A DNA stretch of 64,000 nt from Acidimicrobiales bacterium (GTDB lineage Bacteria > Actinomycetota > Acidimicrobiia > Acidimicrobiales > Aldehydirespiratoraceae), in contig OZ220727.1 of assembly GCA_965116865.1 (NCBI GenBank), forward strand, positions 3,038,307 to 3,102,306, written 5' to 3'. Numbering within the stretch: the stretch's first letter is position 1; each line of letters starts with the position of its first letter. This document shows, one piece after another, positions 19,401 through 25,522 of the stretch. The notes below the pieces were generated by a model, which searched no databases, was not told where the DNA came from, and worked only from the letters and a program-made list of their open reading frames with translations. The translations under genes and the position numbers were made by a program.

Positions 19401-19958
19401 TCGCAGTTCGAGGGGTTCGCCGACATGGACACCAACAGCGTCCACATGCCGGCCATCGCAACAATGTTCCACAGTGGCATCACTCGTGGTTGCGACACCG
19501 ACCCGCCGCGCTTCTGCCCCAAGCAGTCCGTCACCAGGGCTCAGATGGCCAGCCTGATGTCGCGTGCGCTCGGCTTGGACGACGCTCCCCAGCCTGCAGG
19601 CTTCGTCGATGTTGACCCGGACAGTCCCCACGCGGCGGCCATCGACGCGTTGCACTACGCCGGGATCACCATGGGTTGCGACACCGATCCGTTGCGCTAC
19701 TGTCCTGATCTGCCCGTCACCCGAGCCCAGATGGCCGGCCTCCTGCATCGAGCGCTTGGCTCAACAGGTGCTCCACGGTCTGCGGGCTTCGTCGATGTTG
19801 ACCCGGACAGTCCCCACGCGGCGGCCATCGACGCGTTGCACTACGCCGGGATCACCATGGGTTGCGACACCGATCCGTTGCGCTACTGCCCGCACCAGCA
19901 TGTCACCCGGGCTCAGATGGCCAGCCTTCTGCGACGCGCCCTCGATGCAACTGCATAA
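4407..19958 (+). CDS. Giant (5183-aa) secreted SLH-anchored cell-surface protein with 35 complete plus 1 partial Calx-beta-like Asp-rich repeats
   Basis: ATG at 4407 with AGGAGG 5 nt upstream; the upstream 255 codons of the ORF-track entry overlap the SBP gene and are rejected. Signal peptide (...LLPAAVSAQA/LSD). Three cadherin-like beta-sandwich modules (about 4567-4880, 5530-5850, 6660-6975). An uncharacterised module starting DWALKPDGLSAGDQFR (about 4880-5520). Five beta-propeller-like blades (about 5900-6650; pattern xxWVxDxxxxKLxAY...DIxL). Repeat array 7040-19325. Pro-rich linker 19326-19400. Three SLH domains. Confidence 0.9.
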   Translation: MSETLPSRLLTARWARAAGRGALVKVSCARAAAALVAVALVAVLLPAAVSAQALSDVAALNNITVAGGTLSPEFSADVHGYRVGVAHDEDQATVGFTKGHSGQQVALKDGSDQDLADADTGEGGHQVDLAHGANTVKLVVTPEDTAADAATYTLTIVRALPAGVVGVPADWALKPDGLSAGDQFRLMLVTSSTRDAASTSIDDYDTFVRGTITSNGHDAIKEFARFFKALASTAAVSARDHTTTTYTDGGAEGVPIHWLNGQRVHARNPDGAEPRLVPVNNYEEFWETSDSWYMRPRYETGSRASGSQTLIWTGSASDGSRMEGATLGSTAVHTGHFDQSVLFSRPFNERQDNTLDNSREFRMLGLSGVFQVVDVLPAAGLAALSVTAAGDSDDRLHGFSIDHSVYHGGFGAGVSRATLDWTAVDEAVAAVSVLDADGGVLEDADGGQEGHQVDLEEGLNTVTVRVARTDNNLSREYTLHLGVGSTELGGWRADDDIDFLWNVDGIKPRGMTGTVDTLWVADAGSNKLLAFDRSDGSREAGRDIMLSSADGNDKLWGGIWSDMVKDGSDFTVSGTVWVADPDNDKLFAYRIDVNADGTPGTDHGGRDSGKDIKLSGGNDNPEGLWSNGSTMWVNDSRDRNLYAYHLGGTSHGERDSDKDIDVSSLFNGNERPKGIVGDGTAVWVLNDSNNRLQAFQIANKLRNQSWDIRLHDSQHQRSGSRPYSAWIEGDAIYVDRGNKASSKVFAYNTTHDTSLSSVALSGLTLTGSDSSALTLNPTFAPGVTYYETTDPYVGDKVTVAAVGSHVGAGVKVAPADADSVETGHQVAVMFDRTHIEVTATAPSGYIESYRVLVSVGEVQALNDWALKPQGLSVGDRFRTGDWNVFKSVTVAAGADAVIADEAVTLRYAASGDGYDVSGDVAVTAADDTGALVFVDAPVSVIEGRSAFYGVKLSAEPSGSVSVSVAAGGDLVLSSGWVGSVSVLSLAFTTGDWNVFKSVRVDAAADDDIADDVVTLRHVASGGGYDVSGDVVVRVEDDDIGGLMFTSGSVSVGEGAGVAYGVRLSGEPSGSVSVSVAAGGDLVLSSGWVGSVSVLSLAFTTGDWNVFKSVRVDAGSDDDIVDDVVALRHVASGGGYHASGDVEVTVEDDDIAGLEFTSPSGSVSVGEGSHTVYGVRLSAEPSGPVSVSVSTVAGSDLVLSSAGSVAVTLLAASDLVPGRAMVSGSVSVLSLAFTTGDWNVFKSVRVDAGSDDDIVDDVVALRHVASGGGYHASGDVEVTVEDDDIAGLEFTSPSGSVSVGEGSHTVYGVRLSAEPSGPVSVSVSTVAGSDLVLSSAGSVAVTLLAASDLVPGRAMVSGSGSVLSLVFAADDWDSFQSVTVLAGSDDDIVDDVVVLRHMASGGGFDVSGDVEVTVEDDDIGGLMFTSGSVSVGEGAGVAYGVRLSGEPSGSVSVSVAAGGDLVLSSGLVGSVSVLSLAFTTGDWNVFKSVRVDAGSDDDIVDDVVALRHVASGGGYHASGDVEVTVEDDDIAGLEFTSPSGSVSVGEGSHTVYGVRLSAEPLGPVSVSVSTVAGSDLVLSSAGSVAVTLLAASDLVPGRAMVSGSGSVLSLVFSVGDWDSFQSVTVLAGSDDDIVDDVVVLRHTASGGGFDVSGDVEVTVEDDDTAGLVFDAGSVSVVEGAGVEYGVRLSAEPSGSVSVSVSAGAGSDLVLSAATAGSGSVLSLVFAVGDWDSFQSVTVLAGSDDDIVDDVVVLRHVASGGGFDVSGDVEVTVEDDDTAGLVFDAGSVSMVEGSHAVYGVRLSAEPSGSVSVSVSAVAGSDLVLSAATAGSGSVLSLVFAVGDWDSFQSVTVLAGSDDDIVDDVVVLRHVASGGGFDVSGDVEVTVEDDDTAGLVFDAGSVSVVEGAGVEYGVRLSGEPSGSVSVSLSAVDGAGGDLVLSAATAGSGSVLSLVFAVGDWDSFQSVTVLAGSDDDIVDDVVVLRHVASGGGFDVSGDVEVTVEDDDTAGLVFDAGSVSVGEGAGVEYGVRLSAEPSGSVSVSVSAVAGSDLVLSAATAGSGSVLSLVFAVGDWDSFQSVTVLAGGDDDIVDDVVVLRHVASGGGFDVSGDVEVTVEDDDTAGLVFDAGSMSMGEGSHAVYGVRLSAEPSGSVSVSVSAVDGAGGDLVLSAATAGSGSVLSLVFAVGDWDSFQSVTVLAGGDDDIVDDVVTLRHMASGGGFDVSGDVEVTVEDDDTAGLVFDAGSVSVVEGAGVEYGVRLSGEPSGSVSVSLSAVDGAGGDLVLSAATAGSGSVLSLVFSVGDWDSFQSVTVLAGSDDDIVDDVVVLRHVASGGGFDVSGDVEVTVEDDDTAGLVFDAGSVSVVEGAGVEYGVRLSGEPSGSVSVSLSAVDGAGGDLVLSAATAGSGSVLSLVFSVGDWDSFQSVTVLAGSDDDIVDDVVTLRHVASGGGFDVSGDVEVRVEDDDTAGLVFDAGSVSVVEGAGVEYGVRLSGEPSGSVSVSVSAVDGAGGDLVLSAATAGSGSVLSLVFAVGDWDSFQSVTVLAGSDDDIVDDVVVLRHVASGGGFDVSGDVEVTVEDDDTAGLVFDAGSVSVVEGAGVEYGVRLSGEPSGSVSVSVSTVAGSDLVLSAATAGSGSVLSLVFAVGDWDSFQSVTVLAGSDDDIVDDVVVLRHVASGGGFDVSGDVEVTVEDDDTAGLVFDAGSVSVVEGAGVEYGVRLSGEPSGSVSVSVSAVDGAGGDLVLSAATAGSGSVLSLVFAVGDWDSFQSVTVLAGGDDDIVDDVVTLRHVASGGGFDVSGDVEVTVEDDDTAGLVFDAGSVSVVEGAGVEYGVRLSGEPSGSVSVSVSAVDGAGGDLVLSAATAGSGSVLSLVFAVGDWDSFQSVTVLAGGDDDIVDDVVTLRHVASGGGFDVSGDVEVTVEDDDTAGLVFDAGSVSVVEGAGVEYGVRLSAEPSGSVSVSVSAVDGAGGDLVLSAATAGSGSVLSLVFAVGDWDSFQSVTVLAGGDDDIVDDVVVLRHVASGGGFDVSGDVEVTVEDDDTAGLVFDAGSVSVVEGAGVEYGVRLSGEPSGSVSVSVSAVDGAGGDLVLSAATAGSGSVLSLVFAVGDWDSFQSVTVLAGGDDDIVDDVVTLRHVASGGGFDVSGDVEVTVEDDDTAGLVFDAGSVSVVEGAGVEYGVRLSGEPSGSVSVSVSAVDGAGGDLVLSAATAGSGSVLSLVFAVGDWDSFQSVTVLAGGDDDIVDDVVTLRHVASGGGFDVSGDVEVTVEDDDTAGLVFDAGSMSMGEGSHAVYGVRLSGEPSGSVSVSVSAVDGAGGDLVLSAATAGSGSVLSLVFAVGDWDSFQSVTVLAGGDDDIVDDVVTLRHVASGGGFDVSGDVEVTVEDDDTAGLVFDAGSVSVVEGAGVEYGVRLSAEPSGSVSVSLSTVAGSDLVLSAATAGSGSVLSLVFAVGDWDSFQSVTVLAGGDDDIVDDVVTLRHVASGGGFDVSGDVEVTVEDDDTAGLVFDAGSVSVVEGAGVEYGVRLSAEPSGSVSVSLSTVAGSDLVLSAATAGSGSVLSLVFAVGDWDSFQSVTVLAGGDDDIVDDVVTLRHVASGGGFDVSGDVEVTVEDDDTAGLVFDAGSVSVVEGAGVEYGVRLSAEPSGSVSVSLSTVAGSDLVLSAATAGSGSVLSLVFAVGDWDSFQSVTVLAGGDDDIVDDVVTLRHVASGGGFDVSGDVEVTVEDDDTAGLVFDAGSVSVVEGSHAVYGVRLSGEPSGSVSVSLSAVDGAGGDLVLSAATAGSGSVLSLVFSVGDWDSFQSVTVLAGSDDDIVDDVVTLRHVASGGGFDVSGDVEVTVEDDDTAGLVFDAGSVSVVEGAGVEYGVRLSAEPSGSVSVSLSTVAGSDLVLSAATAGSGSVLSLVFAVGDWDSFQSVTVLAGGDDDIVDDVVTLRHVASGGGFDVSGDVEVTVEDDDTAGLVFDAGSVSVVEGAGVEYGVRLSGEPSGSVSVSVSAVDGAGGDLVLSAATAGSGSVLSLVFAVGDWDSFQSVTVLAGGDDDIVDDVVTLRHVASGGGFDVSGDVEVTVEDDDTAGLVFDAGSVSVVEGSHAVYGVRLSGEPSGSVSVSLSAVDGAGGDLVLSAATAGSGSVLSLVFSVGDWDSFQSVTVLAGSDDDIVDDVVTLRHMASGGGFDVSGDVEVTVEDDDTAGLVFDTGSVSVVEGAGVEYGVRLSAEPSGSVSVSVSAGAGSDLVLSAATAGSGSVLSLVFAVGDWDSFQSVTVLAGSDDDIVDDVVVLRHVASGGGFDVSGDVEVTVEDDDTAGLVFDAGSVSVVEGAGVEYGVRLSAEPSGSVSVSVSAVDGAGGDLVLSAATAGSGSVLSLVFAVGDWDSFQSVTVLAGSDDDIVDDVVVLRHVASGGGFDVSGDVEVTVEDDDTAGLVFDAGSVSVVEGAGVEYGVRLSAEPSGSVSVSVSAVDGAGGDLVLSAATAGSGSVLSLVFAVGDWDSFQSVTVLAGSDDDIVDDVVVLRHVASGGGFDVSGDVEVTVEDDDTAGLVFDAGSVSVVEGAGVEYGVRLSAEPSGSVSVSVSAVAGSDLVLSAATAGSGSVLSLVFAVGDWDSFQSVTVLAGSDDDIVDDVVVLRHVASGGGFDVSGDVEVTVEDDDTAGLVFDAGSMSMVEGSHAVYGVRLSAEPSGSVSVSVSAVAGSDLVLSAATAGSGSVLSLVFAVGDWDSFQSVTVLAGSDDDIVDDVVTLRHMASGGGFNVSGDVEVTVEDDDTAGLVFDAGSVSVGEGSHAVYGVRLSGEPSGSVSVSVSAVDGAGSYLVLVSGSRSVLSLVFAAGDWDSFQSVTVYAAGDADIVDDVVTLRHVASGGGFDVSGDVEVTVEDDDTAGLVFDAGSMSMVEGSHAVYGVRLSGEPSGSVSVSLSAVDGAGDDLVLSAATAGSGSVLSLVFAVGDWDSFQSVTVHAGGDADIVDDVVTLRHVASGGGFDVSGDMVVTVEDDDTAPPSPPPPPPPPSSSPLLPPEGPSSSQFEGFADMDTNSVHMPAIATMFHSGITRGCDTDPPRFCPKQSVTRAQMASLMSRALGLDDAPQPAGFVDVDPDSPHAAAIDALHYAGITMGCDTDPLRYCPDLPVTRAQMAGLLHRALGSTGAPRSAGFVDVDPDSPHAAAIDALHYAGITMGCDTDPLRYCPHQHVTRAQMASLLRRALDATA
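7040..19325 (+). repeat. In-frame coding tandem array: 6 complete plus 1 partial diverged proximal units, then 29 highly homogenised units of 112-115 aa (336-345 bp)
   Basis: Unit consensus AGLVFDAGSVSVVEGAGVEYGVRLSGEPSGSVSVSVSAVDGAGGDLVLSAATAGSGSVLSLVFAVGDWDSFQSVTVLAGGDDDIVDDVVTLRHVASGGGFDVSGDVEVTVEDDDT. The distance between the first and last homogeneous-unit boundaries (9393 to 19323) fits 11x113 + 17x115 + 1x112 aa. Confidence 0.95.
19408..19955 (+). other. Three tandem SLH (S-layer homology) domains, C-terminus of giant gene 1
   Basis: FxDxDxxSxHxxAIxxxxxxGITxGCDTDPxRxCPxxxVTRAQMAxLxxRALG repeated three times. Confidence 0.85.
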
Positions 19959-19960
19959 GC

Positions 19961-20195
19961 GGCTCTTCGCGTTTCGGGGTCGAGCAGCGCCCAGTTGGGT
20001 CTGCCGGTGTAGAGCATGGCGCGGATTCGGTAGTTGGCGAAGTCAGTGCCCCCGAACGCGGCGCGTTTGACGCGCTTGGTGAGGTTGTCGGCGGCTTCGG
20101 CAGTCGTGTTGGTGACCGGGGCGGTGTGCCAGTCAACGGTCTGGGCGCGCCGCCCGACCCGGCCCGCCGCGTCGCCCAACGCGCCGCCCCCGACG
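19961..20195 (-). pseudogene. ISL3-family transposase, C-terminal fragment with terminal inverted repeat
   Basis: Minus-strand translation ...TVDWHTAPVTNTTAEAADNLTKRVKRAAFGGTDFANYRIRAMLYTGRPNWALL matches the conserved ISL3 C-terminus from memory. GGCTCTTCG (19961-19969) is the typical ISL3-family end sequence and begins 2 nt after the TAA of giant gene 1. The upstream boundary is approximate. Confidence 0.65.
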
Positions 20196-20500
20196 TCGAT
20201 TTCCCACGCGGCGACGCGATCCGCGGATCTTGCCCGATGACCGTGCTCGCCCCGTGTCCGTGGCCTCGATGTTGGCCCAGCGGGCCATCTCGCGGCCCTG
20301 GTCCCAGGTGAGGGTCTTGACTAGGTGGCGGGGCTGGTGGGCCGGCGCGGCGGCGGCCGCGGCGGCGGTGCGGTCTGTTGCGTCTGATTCCGCGTGACAG
20401 GATCCACCGGGTCGGACCCTTGTGTTGCGACCGGCCATCATGGCTGATCGCTTGCATCCACCGGCGGAGGTCGCCATGGGGGGGTGTCCCTGTCTTGTTG
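20196..20500 (-). pseudogene. IS30-family transposase remnant (DDE core region, frameshifted)
   Basis: Minus-strand frames give RQGH.., KRSAMMAGRNTRV, LVKTLTWDQGREMARW, and (after a 1-nt shift) TG/ASTVIGQDPRIASPRGKSTSG. These resemble the IS30 motifs GHWEGDL, TWDxGxEMA and DPxSPWQRGxNENxNG from memory. Truncated at both ends. Confidence 0.5.
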
Positions 20501-20599
20501 TCAAGTCTTTCTAGGTGGCTGGTGTTTTTCTCGGGTGGGGTTGGGTGTGTGTGGTAGAGTTGCAGGGATGTTGTTCGGTCTCGTGGGGAGGTTCGTGTC

Positions 20600-22546
<1,947 letters not shown>

Positions 22547-22695
22547 CCCCGCCAAAGCCCCAACCCGCCCCCGACACGACCAACCAGCCGACCCCGACAC
22601 GACCAACCCTCGCCCAACCCGCCGACCCCGGCCACCACCCACCACAAGAGCCCACCGAACACCAATTTGGCACCAGCCACCTAGGAGAGTGTTGA

Positions 22696-22784
22696 TTATG
22701 TCCCAAAATCGCGATATCGCTGTCACAAAACCGCAGGTCAGAAGGTTGTGTACTGCGCGAAATCGGCATTACTCAACAGTCTCC
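22696..22784 (-). pseudogene. Continuation of the IS30-family transposase remnant between the IS1182 and IS630 elements
   Basis: Minus-strand frame ...CGFVTAISRFWDI abuts the IS1182 end. Joined to KDLTTRQGH on the other side, it reproduces the spacing of the IS30 segment ISxRPxxVxxRxxxGH (12 residues between IS and GH). Assignment by eye only. Confidence 0.35.
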
Positions 22785-23949
22785 TAGTGTCCTGAGTCTT
22801 TAGTTATTGGGGTTGGTTGTGGTATGGTTGGTGTGGATGCAGGCGGTGATTGGAGGCAGTCGTGGCTAGAGGCCGTCGTGCGGTGGAGGTGGTGCTCGCC
22901 GATGAGCAGCGCGAGACGCTGGAGCGGTGGGCGCGGCGCCAGAAGTCGTCGCAGGCTCTGGCGCTGCGGTGCCGGATAGTGCTGGGCGCGGCCGCGGGGG
23001 AGACGAACAAGTCGATCGCGGCGTCGCTGGGGTGCAGCGAGGCGACGGTGTCGAAGTGGCGGCGCCGGTTCGCGGGGCGCGGGTTGGACGGGCTCTGCGA
23101 CGAGCCGCGTCCGGGCGCGCCGCGCACGGTGAGCGACGACAAGGTGCAGGAGGTGATCGTCAAGACGCTGGAGTCGGCTCCTGAGGGCGCGACGCACTGG
23201 TCGACGCGCTCGATGGCCGCGCAGGTGGGGCTGTCGCAGTCGACGATCTCGAGGATGTGGCGGGCCTTCGGGCTCAGGCCCCATGGCGTGGAGGAGTTCA
23301 AGGTGTCGCCGGACCCCCAGTTCATCGACAAGGTGCGCGACGTCGCCGGGCTGTACTTGAACCCGCCGGAGGCAGCGGTGGTGCTCTGCGTGGACGAGAA
23401 GACCCGGATCCAGGCTCTCGACCGCGCCGCGCCGGTGCTTGCCTTGATGCCGGGTGTGCCCCAGCGCCGAACCCACGACTACCGCCGCTTCGGCACCACC
23501 AACCTCTACGCGGCGCTCGACGCCGCCTCGGGCAAAGTCATCTCCTCGATGACCGCGCGCCGCCGCGCCATCGAGTTCCGCAAGTTCCTGGACCTCATCG
23601 ACAGCGAAGTCCCCGAGGGCCTCAAGGTGCATGTCGTGCTGGACAACTCCTCCACCCACAAGACCCCCGCCATACAGCGCTGGCTGCTGCGCCACCCCCG
23701 CTTCAGCTTCCACTTCACCCCCACCTACAGCTCGTGGACGAACCTCGTCGAGCGCTGGTTCGCCGAGCTCACCACCAAATGGATCCGCCGCGGCACCCAC
23801 CGCAGCACCAAAGAGCTCACCGGCTCCATCCAGCACTGGATCGACCACTGGAACCACAACCCTCGCCCGTTCACATGGCACAAGAGCGCCGACGAGATAC
23901 TCCACAACCTGGCAACATATCTCCAACGAATTTCTGACTCGGGACACTA
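22785..23949 (+). mobile_element. IS630-family insertion sequence, intact (1165 bp)
   Basis: Terminal inverted repeats TAGTGTCCTGAGTC (22785-22798) and GACTCGGGACACTA (23936-23949), 13/14 complementary, with terminal TA as expected for IS630/Tc1-type elements. Single transposase ORF. Confidence 0.9.
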
Positions 23950-23950
23950 G
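22862..23950 (+). CDS. IS630-family transposase
   Basis: GTG at 22862 preceded by TGGAGG (the ORF track starts at TTG 22850). HTH region (LALRCRIVLGAAAGETNKSIAASLGCSEATVSKWRRRF). DDE region (VLCVDEKTRIQAL ... HVVLDNSSTHKT ... FHFTPTYSSWTNLVERWF). Confidence 0.9.
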   Translation: MARGRRAVEVVLADEQRETLERWARRQKSSQALALRCRIVLGAAAGETNKSIAASLGCSEATVSKWRRRFAGRGLDGLCDEPRPGAPRTVSDDKVQEVIVKTLESAPEGATHWSTRSMAAQVGLSQSTISRMWRAFGLRPHGVEEFKVSPDPQFIDKVRDVAGLYLNPPEAAVVLCVDEKTRIQALDRAAPVLALMPGVPQRRTHDYRRFGTTNLYAALDAASGKVISSMTARRRAIEFRKFLDLIDSEVPEGLKVHVVLDNSSTHKTPAIQRWLLRHPRFSFHFTPTYSSWTNLVERWFAELTTKWIRRGTHRSTKELTGSIQHWIDHWNHNPRPFTWHKSADEILHNLATYLQRISDSGH

Positions 23951-25481
23951 CCGGTTGATCTCTGCGGGCGTGCCGGGGTCCTGGAGGTCCTTCGCGATCT
24001 GGCTCACGGTGGCGGCGCCGGTCTCGGCGTCGTCGATGTCGTAGATGCCGCGCAGGGTCTCTTCAGCGGTGCCGGGCGTCACGGACCTCGCCGTAGGGGT
24101 CTCCTGCATCCAGCAGGCTCCGCAGCCGGACACGGCCCGCGTCGGTGATCTTCTTCGAGGCGGACACCAGCAGCTTGCGGGCACTGTAGAGGTGGTCGTG
24201 TTTGTGGCCTCGGTGGCCGAGGGTCTGTTGTTGGACTCTGCGGCGGACCTCGTCGAGGGCGGTGTTGCCCGACCGCGCGATGTGGAAGGGGTCCGCAACC
24301 TGGCCGGCGTGGGGCAGCGCCTCGTCGAGCGTGGTCCGGTAGGGGCCTGAGAGGTCCAGCACCGCCCAGCGGACCGGCGAGCCAGTTGCGGGGCCGCTCA
24401 AGCAGCCACGCTGCGGGTGTTTTGGCGGTGCGGCCTGGGACTGTGTCGAGGAGCTGGCCTGCTCCGACATCGACGATGCCGGTCGCCCAGGCCTTGGTCC
24501 GGAACCGTCCCCGCCGCCACATCAGGTGCTCGTCGAGCCCCAACGCGACGACAGCTGAGATGCGTTCGGTGTCGGCCTCAAGCAGCGCCTCGCCCCAGCG
24601 CCGCACCGAGGCGTTCACCGGGCCCCGGCTGTACCCGAGCTCGTCGGCGACCTCTGCCACGCTGCGGCTCAGCCCGGCCTGGCGCGTCGCCCAGCGCTCC
24701 GCTCTTGTGGTCAGCCTCTCATGTTCGAGCGCGATCTCAGGCACCTGCTCGGTCGCAGTGCCCGCCTCGCGGTCAGGGTCACCGCTGCCGCAGCTGCTTG
24801 TGCCGCACCAGCCGTCCGAACGCCGGCAGGTCCACCAGCTCCATCCGGCTATCGCTGTGGGACCACAGCCGCCCGCCGCAGCCCACACAACCCGGCCGCG
24901 GTGCCCGGCCCGAGGTCGGCCGGATCATGCGCGAGGACCTCGCGCCCGCCGCAGCCCACACAACCCGGCCGCGGTGCCCGGCCCGAGGTCGGCCGGATCA
25001 TGCGCGAGGACCTCGCGCCCGCCGCAGCCCACACAACCCGGCCGCGGTGCCCGGCCCGAGGTCGGCCGGATCATGCGCGAGGACCTCGCGCCCGCCGCAG
25101 CCCACACAACCCGGCCGCGGTGCCCGGCCCGAGGTCGGCCGGATCATGCGCGAGGACCTCGCGCCCGCCGCAGCCCACACAACCCGGCCGCGGTGCCCGC
25201 CTCCGCACATGCACCCGCAGCGGCGCGCCAGCCTCGACCTCGACGCCGAGCACCTCCACATCGCCCAATGCCAACATCAACTCGCACACAAGCGCAGGGC
25301 CGCACTCCACAGGGACCCTCCAGCTGCTCGGCTGCCTGGCGGCACCGAATTCTGCCTGATGCGCACCCGCAGCGGCGTCGACGCCGAGCACCTCCACATC
25401 TCCCAGTCCCACCAGCAGCTCACACGCGCGTAGGGTCTCACTCCACAGGGATCCCCCAGTTCCCAGATGCTTGGAAGCGCC
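23950..25481 (-). pseudogene. ISL3-family transposase, N-terminal and central part, multiply frameshifted and internally duplicated
   Basis: Spread over at least 3 minus-strand frames: ELLVGLGDVEVLGV / RPGCVGCGG..VDLPAFGR (zinc-finger region); GDPDREAGTATEQVPEIA..LTTRAERWATRQAG...ALGLDEHLMWRRG...WATGIVDV; LDLSGPYRTTLDEALPHAGQVADPFHIARSGNTALDEVRRRVQQQTLGHRGHKHDHLY; GDPYGEV...ETLRGIYDIDD...PAEINRL. Candidate outer repeat GGCGCTTCC (complement of 25473-25481), a weak match to GGCTCTTCG. Confidence 0.7.
24870..25199. repeat. 73-bp tandem repeat, about 4.5 copies, inside the ISL3 zinc-finger coding region
   Basis: gcccgccgcagcccacacaacccggccgcggtgcccggcccgaggtcggccggatcatgcgcgaggacctcgc starts at 24870, 24943, 25016, 25089 and 25162. 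The unit is not a multiple of 3. A further ~95-bp segmental duplication of the N-terminal coding region lies at about 25237-25470. Confidence 0.9.
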
Positions 25482-25522
25482 GATTCTGGGCAATCCTTCG
25501 CGTTCAGCCGAACAACCGGCGC

